A stretch of 62,551 bases of DNA, counting the filler, from Diploschistes diacapsis (lineage: Eukaryota), in NCBI GenBank assembly GCA_023645945.1. It is 21 parts of 21 records of this genome, joined end to end, with 100 filler letters (N's around TTAATTAATTAA, not from the genome) between each part and the next. Parts side by side here need not be neighbours in the genome. Positions count along the whole stretch, not along the records: positions 47,188 to 49,022 come from JALAIB010002568.1; positions 49,123 to 50,956 come from JALAIB010002569.1; positions 51,057 to 52,890 come from JALAIB010002570.1; positions 52,991 to 54,823 come from JALAIB010002571.1; positions 54,924 to 56,756 come from JALAIB010002572.1; positions 56,857 to 58,689 come from JALAIB010002573.1; positions 58,790 to 60,620 come from JALAIB010002574.1; 14 more parts are not named here. One strand, written 5' to 3'. The notes under the pieces were generated by a model. It saw nothing but the letters and a program-made list of their open reading frames with translations. It was not told the DNA's origin and did no database searches. Numbering within the stretch: the first letter of the stretch is position 1; each line of letters opens with the position of its first letter. Below, piece by piece: positions 48,806 to 59,849 of the stretch. Position numbers and translations under genes: made by a program.

Positions 48806-49122
48806 GTTCAGGCGTATTGCATTCCTTGACGCGGACGTTTCTTATTTTGGATTGGCTTGATACTCATACCCGGGGTTCGTCCCTCTTCTAGCGTTTCAAG
48901 CTGCATAATACGGCGCGTCTGTTTAGCTTAGCTCTCGCATGTCCCAATACTACACGTTGTCTTACATCCTCCCTCCCCTCCACCCTATCCTCGCTTAGCC
49001 AGCCTGGTGGTCTGAATGCTTTNNNNNNNNNNNNNNNNNNNNNNNNNNNNNNNNNNNNNNNNNNNNTTAATTAATTAANNNNNNNNNNNNNNNNNNNNNN
49101 NNNNNNNNNNNNNNNNNNNNNN

Positions 49123-49254
49123 ATATTAAATTATATTAAAATCGAATTATTATCATGCGAGGTAGTTATTGTTGAGAAAGATCGAATGTAAGATGAAAAT
49201 AATGATTTAAAGTGGCCGAAATCTAGGGGTGGCCAGAATCCCCGTGGAACACGT
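49123..49254 (-). mobile_element. pogo/Fot1 family E 5' terminus
   Basis: Similar to 53750-53890. TIR ends ACACGT|TA. Confidence 0.75.
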
Positions 49255-49420
49255 TAATTTTTATAAAAGATTTATTATATATATTTTAAAATAATAAACC
49301 AATTAATTAATTTATTATAAAATAATAAGAACGAGAAGAAATCCGGATTTCTATCGTAGGACGATCGATAATAAACCGCGTTTAAAAAGTTAAAGATCAA
49401 TTTTACTCGTGTATTTTTAC

Positions 49421-50462
49421 TAGGCTGGCCGTCACTGACACTGACACGGCCGTGTCAGTGTCAATGTTTTAAATTTTTTTACTACGGTGTCCGTGTTTAT
49501 GGATTCACTAAAATGTAATGTCCGTGTCAGTATCCGTGTTTTAGATTTTTTAATTACGGTGTCCGTGTTCGTGGATTTACGAAAATATATTATCCGTATT
49601 AATATCCGTGTTTTAAAAATTTTAATTATCATATCCGTATTCGTGTCCGTATTTTAAAAAAAATTTTAAAGAATAAAAGCGTAAGAAATAAACGTAATAA
49701 TTTTAAAAATATTAAAAAAAAAAAATGTTTTCGTACTTTTATTATAATATAATATCCGTATTAATAGATTTACGGAAATATAATATTCGTATTAATATTC
49801 GTGTTTTAAATTTTTTAATTATAATATCCGTATTAATACTTTATTACATTATAATGTCCGTGTCAGTATCCGTGTTTTAAAAATCTTAATTATAATATCC
49901 GTGTTCGTATTTTTATTGTAACATAATATCCGTGTTAATGTCCGTGGCAAAAAAAAATTTTCTGCGGTATCCGTGTTAGTGTCCGTGCAGAGAAAATTTT
50001 TGCTGCGGTGTCTGTGTCAGTGTCCGTGGCATGAAACGGCCAGCCTAATATATTTCCGTAAAGCTATTAACACGGACACTATATTATAATAAAATAACGA
50101 AAACATTTTTTTTTAATATTTTTAAAATTATTACGCTTATTTCTCACGCTTTTATTTCTTAAAAATTTATTTTTAATACGGACACGGACACGGACGTTAT
50201 ATTATAATAAATACACGGACACGGACACTGGAATTAAAAAATTTAAAACACGGATATTAATACGGATACTATATTTTCGTAAATCCACGAACACGGACAC
50301 CGCAACTAAAAAATCTAAAACACGGATACTAACACGGATATTATATTTCCGTGAATCCACGGACACGGACACCGTAGCAAAAAAATCTAAAACACTAACC
50401 TTGACACTACGGTGTCCGTGTTACTGACACTGGCAGTGTCAGTGTCAGTGACGGCCAGCCTA
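49421..50462. mobile_element. Family D: complete unit 49421-50047 plus inverted partial unit to 50462
   Basis: TAGGCTGGCCGTCAC...GAAACGGCCAGCCTA, then an ACACGG array ending GTGACGGCCAGCCTA. Confidence 0.85.
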
Positions 50463-50533
50463 ATATAAAGTGATTAGCCGAAAATAAGTTACCCGAATTA
50501 AAAAACTTAAACAGCCTGGAAAACGATGATATA

Positions 50534-50956
50534 ACGTATATGCATAGCGAGCGGACACTCATAGCGGACGGACACCCTTCTCGATTCGTATTAGTTATAA
50601 TTATATTTACGCAATCAATTTTTACGATACTTTAATATATGAATTATTAATATTTTCTTTAGAAGTTATAGATTTTATTACGTAAATTCGCGCATTATGC
50701 CCGGACTAATTATATTTATTATAATATCATACGCGTAATCCGATTTACTTGGTATAATCTTTATTTTTAGATATATTAATCATTTTTATACGAACTTCGA
50801 TCTTTAAAGATTATAATACGATTATTTCTAATAAGTTAAATAATCCTTCAATTCGTACGCGCCTTTTTTAATCCTTTTTCATTTATTAAGTATTTTATTT
50901 ACCGCAAAAAATATCTTAATCTCGATTTTAACAATTATTGTTTTATATTTTAATTT
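50534..50956 (-). mobile_element. pogo/Fot1 family F 3' end
   Basis: Reverse complement of 44620-45041. Confidence 0.82.
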
Positions 50957-51056
50957 NNNNNNNNNNNNNNNNNNNNNNNNNNNNNNNNNNNNNNNNNNNN
51001 TTAATTAATTAANNNNNNNNNNNNNNNNNNNNNNNNNNNNNNNNNNNNNNNNNNNN

Positions 51057-51225
51057 GCCGTAATCAATGTGCACTTTCTAAATATAATAGATAATTGATT
51101 GAAAAGTAATATTTTGAAAAAAAAAAAAAATAACGATTAATTTCGAAGAATTATTGAAGATTAAAACAATTTCTTGGCAAAAGTGGCCGGAATCTGGGGG
51201 TGGCCAGAATCCCCGTAAAACACGT
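51057..51225. mobile_element. pogo/Fot1 family E terminus (further copies 52823-52890, 58399-58689, 60721-60871)
   Basis: Duplicated GTGGCCGGAATC motif in the TIR, ending ACGT|TA. Confidence 0.78.
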
Positions 51226-51272
51226 TACATAAAAACCGCTGACATATAAAAAGTCTTTAAAATAAGCGGCTT

Positions 51273-52539
51273 TAGAACGCCCCTACAGGAATAGGTGCTA
51301 CACTACCGGGGGCTGAGCCTGATCCGGAAGGATTACGTGTAACTGGGCATCTGTAGGCTGAATGGTTCAGATTCGAAAAGGTAAGGAAGGAACTATCTAG
51401 GTGGGAGTAGGGCACAAATAAATAGTCTGGGTGCCAGCCCTACTGCCATACGAGGCTCAACCTTTGAACCCATTAACGTTCAGGATGTTCCACTATCTCC
51501 CTTTCCAAACTGTTGCTATCCCCTAGCAACAAAATAAAACAAAACAAAACCCTTATTCCCTCTTTTTTAGTTCGGATATCTGCTTCTCTTATACCTTAAT
51601 ATCATACTCTTTTCGGCCTAGTCTAGTCCCTTTTTTCTTTATTATCTTCAACCCGTATTACACGTAGACACGTGCCCGATCTTATTCCTTTCAAGTTTCG
51701 GCGTCGTAAATGGATGTTATTAGACCAATAATACTAAAAACAGGCAATTTCTAGGACAAAAAGTAGTAATAGTACCAGTAATCGTGGCAGCAGAAATCGC
51801 TTTCGAAAGATAGCGAAATGAAGGTTTATTTGTTGATAAAATAAAGGTTCGACTGGTTTAAAAACTTGTATAGAACTCCAAGCTCTTTCATCGTAATTGA
51901 TTAGATTAGATCGTGGCTTCTAATTCGTCGATCTATTTATCGTAGGTTCTTCATAGAAGCTTTTCGTCGCTCCAGATGGGTGTGTCGTAAATCTACTACT
52001 ACCAAATTATTCGTTTAGGTAATATCTTATCGCGACAGATAAAATTAGATCTAACACTTCAACTATGGTCATAGCTAAATACTAATTACATCGAGGGTTC
52101 TAATTAATCGATCTTTTACTTGTCGTAAAAGATTTTTCGTTACTCCTAGGTGGGTATGTCGTAAAAGGGTTTTCGTCGTTCCTAAATGTCGTAGACCTTC
52201 ATCTTCAAAAACGCGCCAGCTCGCGTAGGCAGCACCAGATAAGATTAGGTCTAGATTCTTTCTATATATAGGATGAATACTTCAGGTCTTAAGCCAAGCA
52301 GGTAGACCTGAAGGACCTTTTCGAATATAGAACGCCCCTACAGGAATAGGTGCTACATTACCGGGGGCTGAGCCTGATCCGGAAGGATTACGTGTAACTG
52401 GGCATCTGTAGGCTGAATGGTTCAGATTCGAAAAGTTAAGGAAGGAACTATCTAGATAGGTGGATGGCACAAATAAATAGTGCGGGTGCCAGTCCTACGG
52501 GGTTCAATCCTTGAACCCACAAAGGTTCAGGATGTTCCA
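51273..52539 (-). mobile_element. Complete non-coding TRIM-like LTR element, family A (5' LTR 52328-52539, 3' LTR 51273-51492, 835-bp interior)
   Basis: Two direct LTRs. Outer TSD GGCTT at 51268-51272 and 52540-52544. PPT GGAAAGGGAGATAG (minus strand, 51493-51506) abuts the 3' LTR. No long internal ORF. Confidence 0.9.
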
Positions 52540-52990
52540 GGCTTGCTGGTTCGAGCTATTATTAAAAAGGATTATAAAATAAAATAATAATAATTCCGAT
52601 CAACATAATAACGTTTTTCATTATATTTATTATAATAACCTCTCCTAAATTCATATTTATTAACGAAATCTCTTTACAAGAATGATTGTTAAATTTAATT
52701 AATGTATTATATACTTTTCTATCACGTTTACTTCGGAGCTATTATTGAGAAACGCGCGAATCCGATAGTTTTAATCGTAATTACTACTTCCGGATAAATA
52801 GTCGAATATATAATATCTTATAACGAGTTTGACGGGGAAGTGGGCCATCCCCAGAATTGGACCACTTTTGCCAAGAGATATCCTAAATCTNNNNNNNNNN
52901 NNNNNNNNNNNNNNNNNNNNNNNNNNNNNNNNNNTTAATTAATTAANNNNNNNNNNNNNNNNNNNNNNNNNNNNNNNNNNNNNNNNNNNN

Positions 52991-53890
52991 GTGTCCATTT
53001 ATTGTTCATCCTTTATTATTAATACTAAACAGCCAGTTTCGAGACGTTTCGACTAAAATCCAGCTAATATTGATATATAATGCTTTAAAAATAATCATAG
53101 GCGGTAATATCCCGCCAGTAACTAAAATATATTCGATCGCAGTTATTTACTTTTGTTTTCTTTTAATAATCTTTTAATTCGAGTTTGTTCGACTTGAAAC
53201 GAAAGCTTTAAAAAAAGAATTATTATTAATACTAAAACCTAATTCGTTCATATTGTAAATATATTTAGGCGCGTATTGTTTTTTATTATATTAAATTATC
53301 ACTGCATCGAACCACCGTTGTATAGCCTCGTAACTTATCGCATTAAATTTATTCAATTCGATTTATCTCGTTCAGATATTAATAATTTTAAAAAATCGTT
53401 TACGAAATCGCGATATCTAATATTTACCGATAGGTTAAAGATTCGCGATCGTGATCTCTAAATTCGAACCGAATCGAATACGTTCGCGTCGAATCTTTTC
53501 GGTCATATCTATTACCAACGCAAGCGATGCAGAAAAGCCAGTTTATATAAGACGTGTAATCCATCGTACTAATATCTTTTCTTCTAAATTTAAAAGGATT
53601 TAAATCGTTTCGTGGCTATTAGAGCGAGATTAAGCTCCATCGAGTCGATCCATAATAATCGATCGAGATACTTTAAATACGCGGACAGCTTCTCGAATAT
53701 TAATATATTATTATGATTTTAGGGCCTATAAACAGTCGTTGATATTAGATTCTATTAAAATCGAATTATTGCGATGCGAGGTAATCATTATTAAAAAAAA
53801 TCGAATGTAAGATAAAAATAGTGGTTTGAAATGGCCGGAATCTGGGGGTGGCCGGAATCTAGGGGTGGCCGGAATCCCCGTCAAACACGT
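52991..53890 (-). mobile_element. pogo/Fot1 family E 5' end with RIP-degraded transposase N-terminus
   Basis: TIR with three GGCCGGAATC repeats. Minus strand IREAVRVFKVSRS (psq-type HTH) near 53660-53700. Confidence 0.82.
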
Positions 53891-53958
53891 TACCAAAAAG
53901 TAGCGATTTAGGGGTGTAACGGTTAATAATTTAATTAGGTTTTTAAGATTTTATTATA

Positions 53959-54151
53959 GAGCAGGGGTTTGGGGATGCACTCCCCAAAAATTAAAAAAAA
54001 GCCGGGGTTTGGGGGTGCAACCCCCAATAAACCTACCCTGTTTTTTAAGCTTTAATTACGGAGCAGGGATCTGAGGATGTAATCCTTAATAATAAAAAAA
54101 GACAAAGGTTTGGGGGTGCAACCCCTAATAACCTATCTAGTTTTTTAAGCT
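53959..54151. repeat. Two ~102-bp tandem units, each with two G/C hairpin motifs
   Basis: GAGCAGGG at 53959 and 54061. Motif GGGGTTTGGGGGTGCAACCCCCAA and variants. Confidence 0.75.
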
Positions 54152-54923
54152 AGATTTTTTATCTAATACTTACTGCTTCGCTTAAAAACTTGGAAAGCGA
54201 CATCATATGTCGCCAGACACATGATATTATAATAAATTTAGGTCGTTTAAGATGTGTGTATTTTATTAATAATGATTATCATTATTAAACAAAGTCTAGC
54301 CTTTACCGCCAAATCTGTTTTATTTAACCCGGGATTTATGCTCTAGTATACTACAAGAAAAACGTCGGAGAAGTCAAATAAAAAATATTAAAGAAAGAAT
54401 ATAGACGGAAAAATCACGTCCGCACAACATCCATTTAAAGGGCTAGAAATCAGAATGTATTCTGGATCATTTATCCATATTCTGAATAACGATCAAGAGA
54501 TTCGGAATCGCGATAAAGAAAATTTAACTAATAATTCGTCGATAAACGGTAAAGCGATAACGTAATTATATAAAATTGTAGAGACATCTTTTAGATAATT
54601 CGAATATATAGGAAGTTTACATTCATATCGATATTAAAAAGATATATAATTATTATATTTTTTACGTTTTGGTGCTGATTAAATATAGCGTATTTTCGAA
54701 AACTTTTTCTTTAAATACGAAACGATAAAAAGATTTATATTATTAATTTATAAAGAGTTGGGATCAATACAGGACGCGTAAATCTTTTTAAAGAAACGTA
54801 AATACGGAACATTTAATTTATATNNNNNNNNNNNNNNNNNNNNNNNNNNNNNNNNNNNNNNNNNNNNTTAATTAATTAANNNNNNNNNNNNNNNNNNNNN
54901 NNNNNNNNNNNNNNNNNNNNNNN

Positions 54924-55341
54924 GAGTAAAGTTAAGATAAATTTAATTTATATGAAAAGAGAAATATGATAAAAAAAAATACTTATAGATTTTAAATTAT
55001 TTCTGAAATGAAGGTTCTCTAAAAATAAAAATAACGAATAAAGATTTATCACTAATAATAATTAAGGATATCTATAAAAATAAATACGTCTTTTTTTACG
55101 AAGATAAAATCGTGTTTATATATAACTAACTCGCTCGCCGTTTATCGTAAGCTTAACGAACGATACCTTCGAGATTTGCCGTTTATAAAAATAAGCGCGA
55201 TTATCGAGCGGTAACGAAAGCCTGCTCACCGCTCACAAAAATAAGCGTAAGCAGTGAGCATATCACGTGACCCCCCGTCCCGTGACTGGTCTATATACAA
55301 TAAAGCTGGGACGTGCCAAGTCTGGTACTTGGATCGTAACA
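54924..55341 (-). mobile_element. LTR family B (partial)
   Basis: Close match to ~340-692, ending GGATCGTAACA. Confidence 0.85.
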
Positions 55342-56856
55342 GTCGTTAACGTCGCGTAAGACGCGCGAGATATCTTCAAGCTCGTAGCCCAGCGTAATTT
55401 ATTGGATAGCGAGCGTACGAAAGATGCTCGATCTTTTGAAGCAATCGTTTATATTAAGAAACTCGGCGTGATGATCGGCGGACGAGATTATTCGTTTTAT
55501 TATTACATTGCCTGCGTCTCTGCGGATCGCGATGGCCATATTATAGGCCACGCGATCCCGCGTCATCTTCTTTCTCTTTATATCGACACTGCGCGTAGTA
55601 GGTCTCGATTCGGCAGCGATATTACGTGGTGTTTCTAGACGTCCTGTTGGACGTTTAGAAGTTGTCCACGTATGGCTAAAGCGCGTTAAAATCCGCTACG
55701 GTCACCCGCAGGGTGTCCGCGACGGTAAAGAGACGCGCCTTTCACGTCGGGAGGTCCGTAGGGAAGCTGTAAAGCCTTCCCGCAGTAGGCAGCGGCGGTA
55801 AAGGGGGGCGAGGGCGAGCGGGCGCGGCGGGCGCGGCGAGCGCGGCAAGGGCAGGCGAGGTAGGGGCGGTGGGAGGAGCGGAGGGAGGAGCGGAAGAGAG
55901 AACGACATCTCCACGGCCTAGGGCAGCGGCGAGGGTGTCGTAAAGCATGCGGTTTTTAAGATTTAGCTTATCGTCGTTATCGGCATCGGCGATTACGTTA
56001 AACGTGGCCGCATCGGCGGCAGGGGGCGTAGGACGAACAGAGGGCGCAGGGCGAGCAGGCAAGAGAGTATCCATTATATCTAAAAAATAATTAGAAAGAT
56101 AAGATTAAAAACAACAAAAAAAGCATGTAAGTCGCGCAAAAAGTAAATAAATATGGCTGGGAAGGGGGATGACTCCACAGGTACTTGTGGCTGCAGACAA
56201 ATTTGGGTGATTGAGAAAGTATCTGTAGAACCATGGTACTCATCTTGTAATTTATGTGTACAGTAGGCAGAATAGCACTTGCCCCCATTCTGACGTCTTC
56301 AAATAGTATACAAAACCTCGGAGGGTACGAAAAAGATAAGCGGACCTGTTGAGAGAACACAGAGATCGAACTTAAGAGCTCAACTTATCAGCTGCCAACC
56401 AATACAGTACACGCCACCGTCCACCCATCTCCATCGCCCACCTCTGAACCACCATCTCTTGACTTATCTCTACCACCACTTCCTTTCGCGCCGGCTAAAC
56501 TTCCTACAGCTTCCGTGCCCCCAGTTGTCGCGCATCCATCGACCTCCCTGCCGCCCCCACCGTCATCCCAGGCTCGACCCACTCCACAGCGCCCCATCTA
56601 CGACATCTCTGTCCCACAACACGTTGATGCCCATCAAACACGTCAGAAAGGCAAAAAGCAAAACCAAACCCCCACCCCCCATCGACCAAGTTTCACCAGC
56701 GCGAAGCGTATCCCACGCGTATCCAGCACTGGCGAGCAAGCATGTACGAGCCGGACNNNNNNNNNNNNNNNNNNNNNNNNNNNNNNNNNNNNNNNNNNNN
56801 TTAATTAATTAANNNNNNNNNNNNNNNNNNNNNNNNNNNNNNNNNNNNNNNNNNNN

Positions 56857-57474
56857 GCCCTCCTTCATCTTTATAAGATTAAAATTTTCTCATTAATCCA
56901 GTTTCGTATACTATAATACGCTATATAATCGATCTCGCAATTCTTAAATATTCGATATAAAATAACGGTTTTTTACAATGATAATATTAAACTTTCAACC
57001 GGTGTGAACGGGTTAAATAAATGTCTCAGAAAATGGAACGTCCCCGGAATTGAATCGCTAAGATGCCGCTGTGGCGGCGGATTAGAAACGGTCCGATATA
57101 TGGCTATTTTCTACACCCTATATAATAGGGAAGAATTGAGAAATCAAGAAAGATTAGACTGGAAATAATTAACGACAGACCCGTAAGGGATCCGAATCCT
57201 TTCCGGCTGGATTATACGCACAGGCCGTTTGGCCCAGTACAACCTCGCGTTTTCTTTACTTTACGATACCCCGGTTAGCTAGGCAATAGCAACCCGACGA
57301 GGTATTATAGGCGGCGTAGGAACGGATAGGAACCGAATCGCCAGTAAGGCGGTAAACGCCGAATTCTAGGGTTTTAACACCCCAGAGGTTTTTCCTTAGA
57401 GAAGACGCATAGTTAGTCCTACATGCCCCCCGAGGGATAGATTAGAGTAAGATTAAATAAATAAATAAATAAAT
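56857..57474 (+). mobile_element. Tad1-like LINE 3' end with (TAAA)5 tail
   Basis: NVPGIESLRCRCGGGLETVRYMAIFY (RIP form of the C-terminal CCHC finger), 3' UTR and TAAA repeats at 57454-57473. Confidence 0.85.
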
Positions 57475-58396
57475 ATATAAGAACCTTTATTATAATTTCT
57501 TTAAATCCTAATATATTTACTTTTATAAATATTCTTAATTATTATTCGGGATTAATCTATATTCGTTACCTTTATTATTAAAACCTTCTTTTCAGAGACA
57601 GTCTTAGATTTATAATTATTCTATCTTCTTTTCCTGCTTGTACTCTTCTTCTAAACGAGACCAAACTTACCTTGATCAATACCTCGTGTCTACCTTGTAG
57701 AGATAGAGATCATAACAAAGACCTCTAGACTTCAATATATCCATTACGTTGCCAAACCAACTCACTGACGTTCGAGTCACGTGAGCTATTGGAGCGAGCG
57801 ACGCCGCTTCATATGCTTTATAGGAGCAATAAACAGCGCTCCCTTTGTTCCATAAGAGCCACCGTTGGCGTTCTTTATGTTCCGTGAAAGCAAAAAAAAC
57901 TGATATTAGTGTTTTATCGAAAATTTTAATATATAATTCTCGTATTAGGATTGTTTATGTTATATATATTTATTTTTTATAAATATCTTTAATTATTACT
58001 CAAGATCAATTTATATTCGTTATTTTTTATTAATATAAAGCATTTTTTTGAAAATTAATATAGATTTATAATCGATTTTTTTCTTTTTCTGTTTATATTT
58101 TTTTATACGAGATTAAGTTTACTTTAATTAATACCTCGTGTTTATTTTGTAGAGATAAAGATTATAACATTTAAATGTCCTTAAGAATCAATATTTTAAA
58201 TAATATAACCGGGCGATCGTTATCGACGGTTAAATTTATATTATTTTAGGGCTTCGCTACGATTATAACGGATATCGCGGAGGTTAAAGTAGACGACTTC
58301 GGAAGTAACGTATAAGTCGACGAAAGAATTTTAGGGCACTTAATTATAAAGGACTTCAAGCCGGATAAATATTAAGGAAAACGTAAGAAATTAAAG
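57475..58396 (+). mobile_element. Nested LTR fragments: B (57475-57717), C tail (57718-57757), B variant (to 58169) and gag leader
   Basis: Two ...CATAACA/TATAACA ends, family C tail GACCTCTAGACTTCAATATATCCATTACG, and a leader similar to 33107 onward with a PDKY*GKRKKL gag motif. Confidence 0.72.
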
Positions 58397-58789
58397 TAAC
58401 GTGTTTGACGTTGAGTCCGGCCACCCCTAGAATCCGGCCACCTCAAATTACTACCGTTAACATTCTACGGTTTTTAGATATAACCTATTCGTCGCAATTA
58501 AAATCTAATCGATCTAAATCGAATCTATTTTCTTCCTCTTTATCCTCCTCGATTTCAGAAATGTAATAACGTTTTTTACGCGTTATAAATCGTTTCGAAA
58601 CTATCCGACTCGATTTAATCCGAATTATTATTTTAAGAATTTCGTCTATATTAAATATAAAACGATCTTTTAATTCGATTCGTTTACTTNNNNNNNNNNN
58701 NNNNNNNNNNNNNNNNNNNNNNNNNNNNNNNNNTTAATTAATTAANNNNNNNNNNNNNNNNNNNNNNNNNNNNNNNNNNNNNNNNNNNN

Positions 58790-59849
58790 GTTTTTTTATA
58801 TTATGGCCATTTGTTTATTTATTCGCAGGATATCTATCGATCTTAATCTTAATATTATTTTTAAAAAGATGGAACCGGGATAATTAAATAGGTGTATAAG
58901 AATGTTTAATATCAATCCGGATTCCTTTAAGTTTAAAAATGCTTTTAAATACAATCTTTTTTGAATTAAAATGGGTTTGTGGCCTTTTTAGTTATATGAA
59001 ATATGATGGATGCTTATATAGGAAGTTAAAGATATTAAATACGGTTTTTTATGTGACGAGATAGGTTTTGAGAAAGTAAATAATAAAGAATTCACGCGTG
59101 TTTTACGTAAACTTTATTTTTATTATTAATCCGTGTATAGACGTTTTTAGGGCTTAGAAATCATCATAAAATGTACTTATAGCATAACGAGAAGTATAAG
59201 ACGTCTTATAAAACGTGATGGGAGAAAGGAAAATAATTATCGAGCCATTTACCCGTGTTTTACGCAGCTTTTAATTATGTTATTTATCCGTGTATAGACG
59301 TTTTAAGGTTTAAGTATTATCATAATTAGTTATAATATACGTATAATATAGCGAGACGTGCAAGATACTGGAAAGAAAGGTCAGCGTAAAAAGCATTTAA
59401 TAAAAAATAACGACCGAATCTGTTATTTAAGCGAGATATAGGAGTTTATATGTTTATATATATCGAAATCCGATTCCTAACGAATTAACTAAGGCCCTAT
59501 ACGTAATCTAAATTACGGTATTTAGCTGATATATAAACCGGCGTTATTAATATTTTAATGACGTAAAAAAGCGTCGAAATCTATCAACGTAGAAATTGGT
59601 AAGTTTAAATTAATTATAGCCGCACGTTCTAAAAATAAAAAATAAAAGGATCTGTTCTTAAACGAGAATCCGAATTTAATGTAGGTGAATATTAACGGTG
59701 ACGCTTAAGAAAATGCTGATAAAATCATATTATTTGTTAATTTTAATTCCTTAAAAAAAATCGTCGATTTGCCTTCAAATAATCCGAACTTAATCATTAT
59801 ATGACGAAAAAAGGCGTGGATTGAATAAAAATCGCCAGATCATTCTAAT
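58790..59849 (+). pseudogene. RIP-degraded SNF2-like helicase gene fragment
   Basis: LWPF*LYEI*WMLI*E (Q-motif-like) at ~58975-59025 and GFLCDEIGFEK|gt at ~59043-59076 (DEMGLGK|T-like motif I). Confidence 0.62.

Noticed and set aside
49421..50462. Repeat-spacer look of ACACGG arrays (CRISPR-like)
   Set aside because: Units are short, irregular and bounded by TIRs; eukaryotic context and no cas genes.
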